Below are positions 11,955-24,600 of a DNA stretch of 64,000 nt, in pieces. The position numbers and the translations under genes are program-made. How positions within the stretch are numbered: position 1 is the stretch's first letter; every line of letters starts with the position of its first letter. Where the stretch lies: contig CATNEN010000001.1 in assembly GCA_950097015.1 (NCBI GenBank), forward strand, positions 12,958,001 to 13,022,000. Direction: 5' to 3'. The notes under the pieces were generated by a model. The model saw only the letters and a list, made by a program, of their open reading frames with translations. It was not told the origin of the DNA and searched no databases. The DNA is from Macrostomum hystrix. Lineage: Eukaryota; Animalia; Platyhelminthes.

Positions 11955-14258
11955 AGTAACTAGCTATGGTGCCATATTCAACTATCATTGATATATAATT
12001 TTTTTTATTAAAATCAAATATTAAGAGCCTTTAATAATGATTAAAGCCGAGATTGATCACATTAACGCTTACTGTATTTCGCCTACACAATTTCTAAAAC
12101 AAAACGGTAACTACCTACATGTAATCACACATTAAGTTTTAATATCCCTTTGCACAAGCTAACTACACTTTGCGACACTTGAAATATTTTACCAACTATT
12201 AATTTCCGGCTTACCATCATTTTCAGCTTGCTCCGAGTGACCAGTGACCGAGCTTCTAGCGCCGCTGCTTCCTGGACTGCCGCCATTCAAACTGAAACTG
12301 CTGGAGCCATTGCCATGGCCGCTGCTTGACTCAAAATCTGACAGACTTCCTTCCAATGATTCGGACAGATTTGTGCACGAAGACTCAGAAAGGTCCTCCT
12401 CCTCCGACTCGGAATAGTCAGATTCATCTGACTCGGACAAGTTTTCATCAGATTCGGAATAGTCCGAGATTGACTGATTACTTTGAGTCGACTGCAATAA
12501 GTATTTATAGCATTAGGAGTTACAATTATAATTATCATCTTACTAACCCCCAGTAGGAAGATGATTAATTGGATCGTTTATTTTAACAAGTTGCATTAAT
12601 ACAGAAAGAGTAATCATCGCCAGAAAAACAATTTAGTAACGCATGCATAACGAGCAGTATGTTTTTAAGCCATACTGAAGTCAGGGGAAAATGCAACTGA
12701 AGAAAAATCATAGAGCACAATTATAGAGCAGAATTTGCTGATAATTCGGTTGCACATTCATTCACCAGGCATGATCTAACCACAACTAACCTTTATAACC
12801 AGATATTTTGTCATACCCCCTTCATCTTTTCTAAGCCTTTTAAATTAAAAAATATTAAAAAGCTTTAAAACGCTTTTTCTTTCATTCTTCGCAGTCTACG
12901 CTGGCGTATGCTCAGGTGCGAAAGATTGAAATAGAGAAACAGATCACGCAAGTGGCGCGAGATCAAGTTTAAATACGAAATAAAGACAAAAATCGGATTA
13001 AATTTAGAGTGGTGTGACAGTAATTTTGTTGCCATCAAGCACGACAACGTTGCCAGCCCCGGTTACGTATGGTAGCAGCAGATTTACAGTATCGCATTAC
13101 CACCGTTGTTGTGGTTGCTGCTGCTGTTGATGATGTTGTCTTCTGGAATGCTGACTGTCGGTACTTCTGGCACTTCTAACACTTCCGCTAGCAGTTCGGC
13201 CTGCTCGTCCCGTGCAATCGAGCCAGCTTCAGTGGTGGAGACGGCTGGAACCGCGGCCAAAGCAGCTGGAGCATCAGGAGTCAAGGCTTCGGTGAGCGGA
13301 GTGGCAATAGCATTGCTGATAGACTCAATATCCATATCGCTGCCTTGCGCGCTGCTTCTTTGCTGCCAGGCAGCAGCTGATGCCCGCGGTGCCGATTGTT
13401 CTTGGAGTTTTTTGAGCATTTTTAAGTCCACGGAAAGGAGCTTTTTTGGAGCACTGCCAGCAGACTGTCCATCTTGAAAGATTGGTGCATCTTGAATGCC
13501 GGTCGGCCTGCAGTCCTCCTTGCTTGCACTTGCAGTCAGTGCACACCTCATTGTGCCAAGTGGATGCCATTATATTTATTTTCAAAAAGAAATTTCCGCT
13601 TGTTAAACTAGACTATTAAATCGCAGCAGAAGCGTTGGATTTGGGTGCTTTTTTACGCTCGTACCCCAGACCATTGCCCTGGTTTGCAATACAGACCCAT
13701 TTCCCATGCAGCATTTTGATCAACGGTCAGCGTTATCTATTCCCGGCTTCCATATTATTGAGCGGTCAGCGTGAGCATGGGGCTTGTGGAATTTATGACT
13801 GTCTCGCGCAGACTTCGACCTCTAATTCAGTTTACAACTTAATTGGGGCGCACATGCAGGTAGGCAACCACGGCTGCTTTGAACCTAGCAACAGCTCCTT
13901 AACTTGGAGGTGTGGGCATATTGTTCAGTTTCCTTTTCACAAATAGCAGGCCTTGTTTTCAATTAGGCTAAATAGATCGAACCTTATGCAGAAGCGTAGC
14001 AAATGCTATTTGTTAAGAATTCGATGCCGATGGTTAAAAGCAAGTAAACCTTGCACCCAACTGGCCCGTTAGTTTCCAAAACAAGCCATATATCAAAGCT
14101 TATCCGCCGCTCCAGCATAAGCATAAAGTTACTTGAGCTGTGTTTATAAACAACTTTTATCATTTCACATTAATGCGCTTTTTTAAAAAATGTTTGTACA
14201 ATATTTTAGTTGCTATCTGCAGATTTTATTAGCTTTAGCAACTCAAAAGCAACAACAA

Positions 14259-16681
14259 TGTAGAGGATCAGAACTCTAGCATATATTTGTGGGTAGCTCT
14301 CTAGCTTGCGAGCAGAAAGTTAAACAACAAAACTCGCGCGACAAGTGCCTTCATCTAAGTCGCAACTGTGCGTCAGACTAAGGACCATAGACGATAACTA
14401 AGCCAACAAGGGTTTGGGGAAACGATGGTCAAGTGGCCTGGCAAAGTACTGGCCGAAATCTTCGCTTTTAGGTCCGCTACATCACCCTCCCCCAGCACGG
14501 CGCTACGATGAGAAGTGCGTCGGGCGACAACGACGGGGCGGCAGGAAACGGCGGTCCGCCGGTCCGCCTGTCGCCAGGTGGGTCCTTGGCGGTCTGGCAA
14601 ACGGGTGGTGCTCCGTAGTGGTCTCCGTCCCCGGGTCAGGTAGAGTGTGCGTTGACGGAACGGACGAGCGGGTGGGTCGACCTCTGCGCCGGATGTCCGG
14701 CGGTGGGACGGGATCGGACGGGTCTAGGACCGCTGGCTTTAGCCGGTCCACGGAAACATGGTCCTGAAGCGTGCCGAGATCGAGAAGGAAAGTCTTGGTG
14801 TAGCGCTGAAGGACTCGGAAAGGTCCGGTGTATGGTTTCTGGAACGGCGCGCGGTAGCCATCCCGGCGGATGAACACAAAGGGGCATGTAGCCAGGGCGC
14901 CCAACTCCGATGCCTGTCGGTTGCCATGTGGGACGGTCGGCTGAGGACGGAAAGCTTGAATGGCGGCGCGCAGGTTGGTGAGGAACGTGCTGTGCAGTGC
15001 TGTAGGTGGGCCAACCTGTATGCACTCGCCAGGCAAAAGCAACGGGGCGCCATACACCAACTCGGCCGACGACGAGTGAAGGTCCTCTTTGGGTGCCGTC
15101 CGGATGCCCAACAGGACCCACGGCAACTCGTCCGTCCAGTTCGGACTGGAAAGGCGTGCCATGAGTGACGCTTTGAGCTGGCGATGGAAACGCTCGACTA
15201 AACCGTTGGACTGCGGGTGAAACGCTGTGGTGTGATGCACGTGCATGCCGAGCAGTTTGGAAACGGCGGTCCACAGTTCGGAGGTAAAATTCGGGCCCCT
15301 GTCGGTGGTGATGTCACTGGGGACTCCGAATCGAGCGATCCAGGTAGAAATGAAAACGGATGCACAGGCGCTGGCGGAAGTGTCAGTGATGGGTATCGCC
15401 TCAGGCCAGCGCGTAAAACGGTCGACCATCGTCAGCAGGTGCGTGAACCCGTGGGACTGCGGCAGGGGACCAACAAGGTCGATGTGGACGTGGGCGAAAC
15501 GGCTGGTCGGTACCGGGATGATGTCCGGCGTTGTCGTGTTATGCCGATGGACCTTGGCTTGTTGGCACGGAAGGCAACAGCGAGCCCACTGATCACGTCT
15601 CGGTTGAGACCGAGTGCTGCGGATGGAGGGATGGGCTAATCTGTGGACCGCATCGAAAACGGCACGACGGAAACTCACTGGCACCAACGGGCGCGGGCGC
15701 CCGGTCGACATGTCACAAAGCAATTCCAAATCAGGATGCATGGTGACTAGCTCGAGCTTGAGACTGGGAGTCGCCGCCGGCATTACCAGCTGGTGCTGCT
15801 CTTTCGCCAATGCCGCATAGTCCACTCCGGGCAACAATGTGTGCACACTTGCTACTGTGCAACGGGATAGAGCGTCTGCAACTGAGTTGTCCTTACCGGC
15901 GACGTGTCGAATGTCCGTGCTGAACTCCGACACTGACGCTAGATGCCGCTGTTGTCGTGCGGACCAAGGATCCGATAACTTGGACATCGCGGATGTCAGC
16001 GGCTTGTGATCCGTGTAGATTGTGAAAACGCGTCCTTCGAGGAAATAACGGAAGTGCCGTGTGGCCAAATATAGCGCCAGTAACTCCCGGTCGAACGCAC
16101 TGTATTTCTGTTCCGCGGGACGCAATTGTCGGCTGAAAAAGGCGAGTGGTTGCCACCCGCCAGCAATTCGCTGTTCCAAGACCGCGCCAACGGCCGTGTC
16201 CGAGGCGTCGACGGTCAGGGCCGTCTGCGCAGTGGGCCTAGGGTGTGCCAGTAAAGTGGACTGAGCTAGGGCCTGTTTGGTGGTGGTGAAAGCATCGAGT
16301 AGACTGGGCGTCCACTGCACAAGTCGGCTCTTACTGGCCATGGCGGCGTAAATGGGGCGTAGCAACTGGGCGGCATGTGGAACAAATCGGTGGTAGAAGT
16401 TCACCATAGCAGATTCGGTCATCCTCAAGCAGTCGGTTGATCATGTCGGGCTCACCAATGTAGAGGATCAGAACTCTAGCATATATTTGTGGGTAGCTCT
16501 CTAGCTTGCGAGCAGAAAGTTAAACAACAAAACTCGCGCGACAAGTGCCTTTATCTAAGTCGCAACTGTGCGTCAGACTAAGGACCATAGACGATAACTA
16601 AGCCAACAAGGGTTTGGGGAAACGATGGTCAAGTGGCCTGGCAAAGTACTGGCCGAAATCTTCGCTTTTAGGTCCGCTACA
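14259..16681 (-). mobile_element. Ty3/Gypsy LTR retrotransposon, internally deleted
   Basis: 223-bp TG...CA LTRs at 14259-14481 and 16459-16681 with one mismatch seen. PBS TGGTGAGCCCGACATGAT resembles the tRNA-Trp complement. PPT at 14482-14493. No TSD found. Confidence 0.95.
14503..16428 (-). CDS. Truncated Gypsy pol: RT C-terminus, RNase H and integrase
   Basis: TVDASDTAVGAVL, YSAFDRELLA, YTDHKPL, VHIDLVGP, TTDRGPNF, SNGLVERFH and YTGPF motifs. Lacks gag, protease and the RT core. Confidence 0.9.
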   Translation of the reverse strand: MRMTESAMVNFYHRFVPHAAQLLRPIYAAMASKSRLVQWTPSLLDAFTTTKQALAQSTLLAHPRPTAQTALTVDASDTAVGAVLEQRIAGGWQPLAFFSRQLRPAEQKYSAFDRELLALYLATRHFRYFLEGRVFTIYTDHKPLTSAMSKLSDPWSARQQRHLASVSEFSTDIRHVAGKDNSVADALSRCTVASVHTLLPGVDYAALAKEQHQLVMPAATPSLKLELVTMHPDLELLCDMSTGRPRPLVPVSFRRAVFDAVHRLAHPSIRSTRSQPRRDQWARCCLPCQQAKVHRHNTTTPDIIPVPTSRFAHVHIDLVGPLPQSHGFTHLLTMVDRFTRWPEAIPITDTSASACASVFISTWIARFGVPSDITTDRGPNFTSELWTAVSKLLGMHVHHTTAFHPQSNGLVERFHRQLKASLMARLSSPNWTDELPWVLLGIRTAPKEDLHSSSAELVYGAPLLLPGECIQVGPPTALHSTFLTNLRAAIQAFRPQPTVPHGNRQASELGALATCPFVFIRRDGYRAPFQKPYTGPFRVLQRYTKTFLLDLGTLQDHVSVDRLKPAVLDPSDPVPPPDIRRRGRPTRSSVPSTHTLPDPGTETTTEHHPFARPPRTHLATGGPADRRFLPPRRCRPTHFSS

Positions 16682-17189
16682 ATCTTGTTTTTATAGATAA
16701 CGTCCTTTTCAGTAGCTGTGCGGCGAACTCGACGAGGAGTGGGGTGCTCTCAAGTGGACAAAGAGATTGGCCAGCCTCTCCTCCAATCTCTGCTGTGCTA
16801 GCTGTACCCAGTACGAAGAGATAGGCTGCAAAGGCAGAGTTATTAACTGTGGGGGGGCTTTGCCCCCCACACCCCCATACAAAGGCTGAATGCTCATTGT
16901 CCTAGCCTTTTACACTCTTGTACTGAAGAATTACTCACTATATTTTTTACGCAATTTCTTTCCCGAGCAAAGGAATGAGCCAGCCTCGCCTCCCAACTCT
17001 GCAGTGTTAGCCTTCCCTAGCGCAAACAGATAGGCGCAGCAATCTCAAACATTCCTTTACGCCTCCTATCTAGTTTTTATGACTCAATCACTGAACGGCC
17101 TCCACTTCCTTTCTATCCCTCCCCATAGATAATTTTTTAAAATGTATGTTGACTGCGTCCCTTATCTCCAACTCTAACCCAACACCTCC

Positions 17190-17420
17190 CGGCCTCTCCT
17201 ATCCCTGCTGTGTTAACCCCTCCCCAATGCAAAGAGATAGGCCGGCCTCTCCTCCTATCCCAGCTGTGTTAACCCCTCCCCAATGCAAAGAGATAGGCCG
17301 GCCTCTCCTCCTATCCCAGCTGTGTTAACCCCTCAACAATGCCAAGAGATAGGCCGGCCTCTCCTATCCCAGCTGTGTTAACCCCTCCCCAATGCAAAGA
17401 GATAGGCCGGCCTCTACTAT
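17190..17420. repeat. Minisatellite of about 56 bp, about 4 copies
   Basis: Repeated GGCCGGCCTCTCCTCCTATCCCAGCTGTGTTAACCCCTCCCCAATGCAAAGAGATA. Confidence 0.9.
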
Positions 17421-17844
17421 CTACATGCATTACAATGTCCTCCAATCTCCTCAGTGTCGGCGAGGTTCTGCTAACCCATACTACTGGTGTTATCCAGGCG
17501 GACGATCTCCTGCGACCTGATCCGAGACCCATAACGTCAGATAGATTATCGTACCGAAGCACACAGAGTGCTGCTGAAACATGTGACCGTCATCAAGAAT
17601 GCGAGTTACGTTATCCAACTCACTGCCATACAGATTACTATCTATAACAACTGAATTCTGACGCCTAAATTGAAGCGCTCTGACTCTCCACATTTCGTCA
17701 CAGTGCAACAGAAGCTGAGCTCGAGCGCGGCTGGATTCAGTAGGTGTGCTAGCATGACTGGCTGTAGATAGATAGTCACAAAGTCGCCGATAATGGCTGG
17801 ACAGTGAGATTTTAGCAATATATATAATCTCTAATTCATGGAAA

Positions 17845-18819
17845 GCAAGTTGACGGCATTGATGCAAAAGTTGGAAGCATCAGTTTCTGCACGGCATGTG
17901 TAGAGGGAAAACTACATAGAACGCCATTTACCAAGGGTGTAGCGTCAAGGTCAAGCAAACTATTGGGTCTAATTCACAGTGAGGTGTGTGGTCCCATGCA
18001 AACTACATGGGGCTAGAGATCACAATGACCGTCGTTCTACTACAGGATACATCTTCAAGTTGGCTGAATGTCCGATTAGCTGGAGCAGCAAGAAGCAACA
18101 AGCTGTAGCCTTATCGACAACGGAGGCTGAGTACATGGCTCTCTCAGCTGCTACTCAGGAAGCTACTTGGTTACAACAATTACTACGGGACCTTCGCATA
18201 GAAACTGTCAGATGTGCCACTATCCTAGAAGACAATCAAGGCTGTATTGCTCTAGCAAAAAATATTGTCTACCACAGTCGTTCCAAGCACATTGATATCC
18301 GTCACCATTTCGTGCGTGAGAAGTTAGTCAGTGGAACTTTACGACCAGTTTACTGTCCGTCTGAAGAAATGGTTGCTGACATTCTTACAAAAGCACTGTC
18401 GAATGCCAAGTTTCAATTACTTAAGGAATTCATTCCCGTTCGTTAATACGATTATTTCAGTCTGAAATGATAACTCTGCTTCCAGATCTGATATTTAACT
18501 CTTTATTAAAAGTAAATGTTTGCATTATCTGAACGCATTAGAATTTTTAATCTAAACATTAAGTGGGAGTGTTAAATATGTAATCGTTTATCTTAAAAAT
18601 AGCTGCATCTAATAATAGTAAGTCAATCCTAGTTTTCCTTCTAGAATTTTCTAGAACCTAAGTAAGCTTTTTATCTATGGTAGATTGCTAAATTTCCAAA
18701 CTGTACCTGTAACTTCTGTTGAGCTACGCCATAGCTACCTAATTGTCTCGCCACTTTATCTTTCTCTAAATTCGTTCTAAATAAACGCTGAGTCTACTAT
18801 CCTTAAATAAGACTTAATA
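17845..18819 (+). mobile_element. Ty1/Copia remnant: pre-integrase fragment fused to RNase H, then PPT and a probable 3' LTR
   Basis: CTACVEGK...[10 protein letters not shown] joined to DRRSTTGY...SWSSKKQ...STTEAEY...KHIDIRHHF...ADILTKAL (ends 18446). PPT AAGTGGGAG followed by TGTTA at 18570. Confidence 0.9.
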
Positions 18820-21284
18820 AGGAGCACCTCCAATAGACACAGCAGCTGAATGCTGCCAGTTACCAGTTTGTGAGTGCTGAATCTGACCAGGCTGGTCGCC
18901 GAGAGCGCGCTGCGACTGCTGCTGAATATGACAAGGCTGGTCGCTGAGAGCGCGCTGTGACTGCCGCTGAATATGACCAGGCTGGTTGCTTAGAGCGCGC
19001 TGCGACTTCTGCTGCTGAATATGACCAGGCTGGTTGCTGAGAGCGCGCTGTGACTGCTGCTGAATCTGACCAGGCTGGTTGCTGGTCGACTGCTCAACTC
19101 GACCAGGATCCAAATGCGCAGTACCACGTGGCCAAAGCTGATGGCTCTCAAATGGTTCCCGACATTCGTCGCCTTGCTCACATTCGCACTCGGTGACTGA
19201 CTGGCCGACAATTGACTGCAAAAACAAAGTCTGCAATCCTAGCAAATTATTGCTCTGTTGCTTTACGAAATCTGTTAGCTCCACTAGCTTTGCGTTGAAC
19301 AACGAGTTCTTTACCAGGGACATCCACTTTTCAGTATGACCTTCTGTGAAGCCGTCAGTTGATCGTGGAATAGAAAAGTAATCTTCGTCGCAAGCATACC
19401 GTCTGGGTTCTAGCATAACTCCGCTCCAAATAGGTAAATAAGGCAGTGGAGCGTTGATCAACTTTTTTTGCCAGCTCGGGACTAGCAAAAGGATTAGGCA
19501 GGTCGGACTCATCCTCGGATCTAATGGTAATGCCGTCCATTCCCCGCACCTCAAAGCCTTTCGCCGAATGCCAAAATGGTGATGAACGCATGATGGTGCT
19601 GTTGGGACGACGGTACAGCAGATCACTTGATGGTTCGAGATAGGTATAGCTAATGTCATCTTTCTCAGCTTGTTGAAGAAGACGATGAGCTTCTAATATG
19701 GAATTCGCAAGTGGCTCCAGTAGGATGCGAACGAAGCTTTCCAGCACAATCCCGGCCTGGTGAATGCTAGTTGAACGAATCAATGATAAAAAGGCCTGCT
19801 TCCATGTTCTTCTAACGATCTTACCTTGGCAGTTGGAATACTCAGGCCAGCAACAGAATTCATGTACTATGTGGCTTCTTCCAAAACCGACTAGAGTAAG
19901 ATTGCAAACTTCTACCCTTGGATAGCTGCGGCGCAAAATGCACATGTACTTGTGCAAATATCCAACAATGTTAGTGCCATTGAATCCAGCAATGACGGCT
20001 TGCAGCGTCGGAATATTGTAGTCAAGCACAACTCGATCAAAGTGCAAATCCGAAACGAACACTTTGGCACAAGTAACCTAGAGGTCAACGATAAATTTCA
20101 AAGTCGTAGCAGTCTGCGAAGATGACAATAGCTCAAGCACAGCAACAGGAGATTCCCCATCGATGGGATGACGCAAGACCAATGCGTGGTAGTATAAATA
20201 TTTCTGCAGACTTCCCTGCGTGCGTGGAATTGGTGCGCCAGTTGAATCCATTCCTAGAATTATGGGCTGATCTCGAAACCGCAAAGCACGGAGTAGATCG
20301 AAGCAGCGATCATGCCAGAGTGGTACGAACTGGGGCTCAGAAGCAGCAATTTGAATACAAACAGTGCGCAGGTATGCTGGCTGCATAGATATTCCCATCG
20401 CAAGAAGGTTCATCAGAGGATCAGAAGAGATCCTGTCCTCAAAGCGCTGCCTACTAGCTGCAAGTCTTAGTGCATTGGCAGATGGGATCTCAGAAGGCGG
20501 ATCGTTTTTTACAGCAATGCTAGTACGCACCTGAAATGCGTTTGTGGCATTAACTTGTTGTGCCAGATCCACACGCCGACTACCACGCAACGGACGAGGC
20601 GACGTAACATGACTATTGGGAAGCGTAATGATGCGAAGAACCCAATGTAGCCTTGTTTCGTCTGAAATCAACTTAAAAGTCACACCACATTGGTTGTTGT
20701 TGCAGTAAAGATCGGCAGAGATAATACGAGTACCATCGCCTTTGTTCACTCTGAATCTGCTCGTACATAGGGTGCAATGAATCTGACTCGAAAAGGCGGG
20801 AATAATGTCGTCCTGCCATCTCTGCTTCAGTCGTCCGTTTTCGTCATCGAAGGATTGATGCAAAAGTGTATGGCGCAAGTCAGTACGACAAGAACTCGTG
20901 CGCAAAAGGCCACTATCAGAAGTCGAGGCGGAGGACAACCTATGAAGAAGTGGAGTTTACGAAATGTCAGAAAAGCATAGACAAATCACTAATTGTACAA
21001 CAATTGAGAATTCAGAAAACGTTGACAAATTTTACCTCTCATTGTTGCTGACCTGCCTAGCCTCCGCGACTGCATCGTCAAGAAGGTTGACTTTACGTAA
21101 ATGGTCGTACACTGCTCGTCGGACACGCTCTGAGCTGCTGTCTAAGCCCAGAATAGTTTCAAGTCTAGCAAGATCGCCATCCGCAACTCTCCAACTTGTA
21201 ATTGTATGGTCGAATCGAGCTATATTCAGTTCACCGCTGTCAAAGAAGCGTGCAATTTCGGACGCAGAAACCAGGTTCCAATCT
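18820..21284 (-). pseudogene. NOF-like (MULE-superfamily) DDE transposase, copy 2
   Basis: LGMDSTG...LYYHALV (ORF 20078..20938); in-frame TAG at 20078; VLDYN...GFN...GRSH (19355..20062); frameshift near an A7 run at about 19465; then LPIWSG...TEKWMSLVK and Q-rich repeats. Probable upstream exon 21036-21284. Confidence 0.7.
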
Positions 21285-21999
21285 GAAAGGAAAAAGAGGG
21301 TCACAAATAATCAAAAAATTGAGCAGGTAAAATAGATTACAACACCATTGCAAACGAAATTATCCTGTACCTAGCAATCAACAGACAAAAAATGCGTCAA
21401 GAATGAAAGCTATGAAGTCGCTCATCTAGCATGATTTTGAAAAGCAAAAACTCAGCCAAAAAGCGAACTAAAAGTTACCAGAACGACAAATAGAAAACGT
21501 ACTTTCACACCAAACAGAGGATGATCACAACAGTGAACCCGACGTTACGTCATACTCTAACAACTCAAAAAATAATTGAAACAAGTGTGCCAAAAAGAAC
21601 GAATATGAGCGAAATACTGAAGCGAAAACAATTAGCTCTTTCTCACCAGATGGGATTGCATCCGATGTCATCTATAAAGGGGTGCATTTTCGGAAAGTGG
21701 GTGTAATACTCATCACAAAGCATATTCATGAAATTTAACATTCCAAAACAAAGAAGCCAAATGCAAAACCACGTAAGTGTGACCAAAAACGATAAAGTAC
21801 ATATCATGCTACACAGCATCAGAAAAGTGTTAAAAATTTCGTGCAAGCTGGGCAAAAGAACACCTAGTAACACTAAAAAGACATGAAATTGTAAATAAGC
21901 AGATCATATAAACTTACCACACGCAGCGTACAATTCTACCGCTCAAAAAGACATCAGCGCCTGAACGACAAACGAACCAAGTGAGGAAACACGCATGCA

Positions 22000-22305
22000 A
22001 TGGCATACCATGTGATTGCTGAGATAGACATGCCAAACCCATGCCAAACCAATACCATTGCTTAGATGACATGCCGAACCAATGCCATTGCTTGGATAGA
22101 TATGCCAAACCTATGCCAAACCTATACCAATGCTTGGGATAGACATGTCAAACCCATGCCAAACCTATACCAATGCTAGGATAGACATGCCAAACCTATA
22201 CCAAACCATTGCCATTGCTTAGATGGGCATGCCAAACCAATTTCATTGCTTGGAAAGACATGCCAAGCATATGCCAAACATATACCAATGCTTGGATGGA
22301 CAAAC
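22000..22305 (+). repeat. CATGCCAAAC/CCATTGCTTGG internally repetitive array (right arm of a possible Foldback-like element)
   Basis: Many short degenerate units; inverted relative to 10158-10280. Confidence 0.8.
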
Positions 22306-22859
22306 CTTTTGGGGAATCTTTTTGAATGCTAATCTTTCATTTTTTATACAAGCCGCGTCTGGGGACTGCGTTTAAAATTTTGACGCGGCTGAGATGCGGC
22401 TGGCGACATGGAAGTAGCAATAGCTCCAGCAATAGACTTTTTTATTTGTGGTGTGCCACTGCCAAAAAGAACAAAATAATAAAATAAGACTTGCAGATTG
22501 TGTGCCACGAAATTTTAGAGCCCAAGAGTGCATTATCTTGATGCCAGAGACGGCGAAGTTTGTTAATTTTATTGCTGAACTATTGCTGGCTTCTACTCCG
22601 TGACTCAAAGAGAAGAGTGTGTGCCGTTTTGTTTATTGAAAAAACATAGCATTTTCTTTTTGTGCCACACAAACCAGGCTTTGTGTCACATTGTTTAAGC
22701 AAGTAGGAAGCAAAAATGTAATTCTCTTGATTTTTAACTATGCTGTACAGAAGGGCTACCATGTCGTACAAAAATTTCAACGTCGATAATTGTAAATTTG
22801 AACGTTACGTAATTGTAAGAAAATTCTTTCTAACAATTGACCTAGACCCTATAGCGATA

Positions 22860-23540
22860 TATATAGCAGTACATTGTTTCAATGCTTATACCTTAGTCTG
22901 TACAACTATCTATCTGTGCAATCGATTTTCTCGAAAACGGCTTATCCGATTTGCTTCAAACTTACGTCATTGGATTACAAATTTTCTGGAATCGATACAA
23001 ATCTTTCTTGGTTAAAATTGATTCATTCCAAATGGATTAAATATTCGAAAAATGCCTTTTTATTCGAGTTAATTTAAGGTCAAACCTGCTCGGCTGTTCC
23101 GGCTTGCTGAAAGTAGCCATTTTATTAGATTGCATCAGTGCCCAATGCATTCTCTTACCCTTGTGGTATAGGCTAAAATGAATGCAAGCCAATCAATGTG
23201 CATATGTGTGTGTACCTTTTCTGGCTTCCAATTGAATTGAATGTTAGATCAGAAGGCCTGCGCAGTGCCTAATGTGCGAATTGAGGCTGATTGTACAAGC
23301 CTGCCTGCCTGCCTGTCTGCCCCTGGACCCTAGCTGACTAATTTTATTGCTAGGCAGGCCAGAGTGTACACTCACTCGTTTGTTATAGCAGGTCAGCAGT
23401 GACAGATTCAATACTATATATGCCTGATTTATGTGCTCTCACATCAACAGTCGGAATAGCCGATTGGTTTGGACACTCTAGGCTAGGCTAGGATCCGGTG
23501 GTTCGAGTCTGCAGTGCGGCTGACAAATTAATTGCTCAAT
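22860..23540 (+). mobile_element. Diverged plus-strand Helitron 5'-terminal region
   Basis: GATTTTCTCGAAAACGGCTTATCCGATTT...GGATTAAATATTCGAAAAA and CAACAGTCGGAATAGCCGAT...GGTTCGA match the reverse complement of the 5' subterminal blocks at 49.2-49.7 kb and 53.7-54.2 kb. The exact start is uncertain. Confidence 0.6.
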
Positions 23541-23963
23541 CGGCAGTGGCAGTGGGCGCAGAATCTTTTTCTGTGTAAAACTGAAAAACTTTTGCTGTTG
23601 CTGCCACGGCTCTGTTCCAAAGCCCATGTCATAATTATTAAATTACTTTACTACTCATTACTAATAATTACTTTTTATGATTGTTTAGCTAATTTGATTG
23701 TTTGACCGGGTCCAAACATTGATTAGTCAGTTGCTACTTTCCATTTTTCTGCGAATTATTATTGGTCTGACAAATGCCACACTATTTGGTACATGATCTA
23801 TTAATGTTAACCTGCTCTTGTTTACGATCTGCTACTGAATAATAACGAAAATCCAATTATAATAATATCTTTAGTAGTCTCATTAGTCTTTAGTCATTAA
23901 TCCTGATTAGTCAACAGTCTGCAAATTCTAACCTAATTGGTTAACGGTCTGCTATTTCTAAAC

Positions 23964-24600
23964 TGCTGTTCTAATTGGCCAATAGCCTTGAATTGCTACC
24001 CTAATTAGGCAAGGTCTTCTAATGGGTCCGCTCATGCTGTCCTAATTTCCAGCGTCTTCCATTTCCATTTCCATTCGGCTTCATCAGTCAACTTCATCAT
24101 GCTGCTATCTCTATTGGCCTATCGTTTACTAATGCGGTCCTAATTGGTTAATGGTCCTGTAATGTAATCCTAATTAGTCAACGATCTGCTAATGTTACCC
24201 TAATTGGTAAAAATAGGCGACTAATGAGTGACAGAACTGGGATCAATGAGCGAACTGGGAGATGTGTGCCAAATTTCAAATTAATGCTGTTCTAATTGGT
24301 CAATGGTCTTGAATTGCTATCCTAATTAGGCAAGGTCTTCTAATAGGTCCGCTCATGCTGTCATAATTTCCAGCGTCTTCCATTTCCATTTCCATTCGGC
24401 TTCATCAGTAAACTTCATCATGCTGCTATCCCTATTGGCCTATCGTTTGCTAATGCGGTCATAATTGGTTAATGGTCCTGTAATGCAATCCTAATTAGTC
24501 AACGATCTGCTAATGTTACCCTAATTGGTAAAAATAGGCGACTAATGAGTGACAGATCTGGGATCAATGAGCAAACTGGGAGAAGTGTGCCAATCGAATC
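23964..24600. repeat. Tandem duplication of about 320 bp built from CTAATTGG subunits
   Basis: TGCTGTTCTAATTGG...GAATTGCTA.CCTAATTAGGCAAGG starts at about 23964 and again at about 24285. Confidence 0.85.

Noticed and set aside
17311-17867. Possible continuation of the NOF-like gene (peptidase-like GH...YD) beyond the Copia insertion
   Set aside because: The motif is split across frames and too weak to support.
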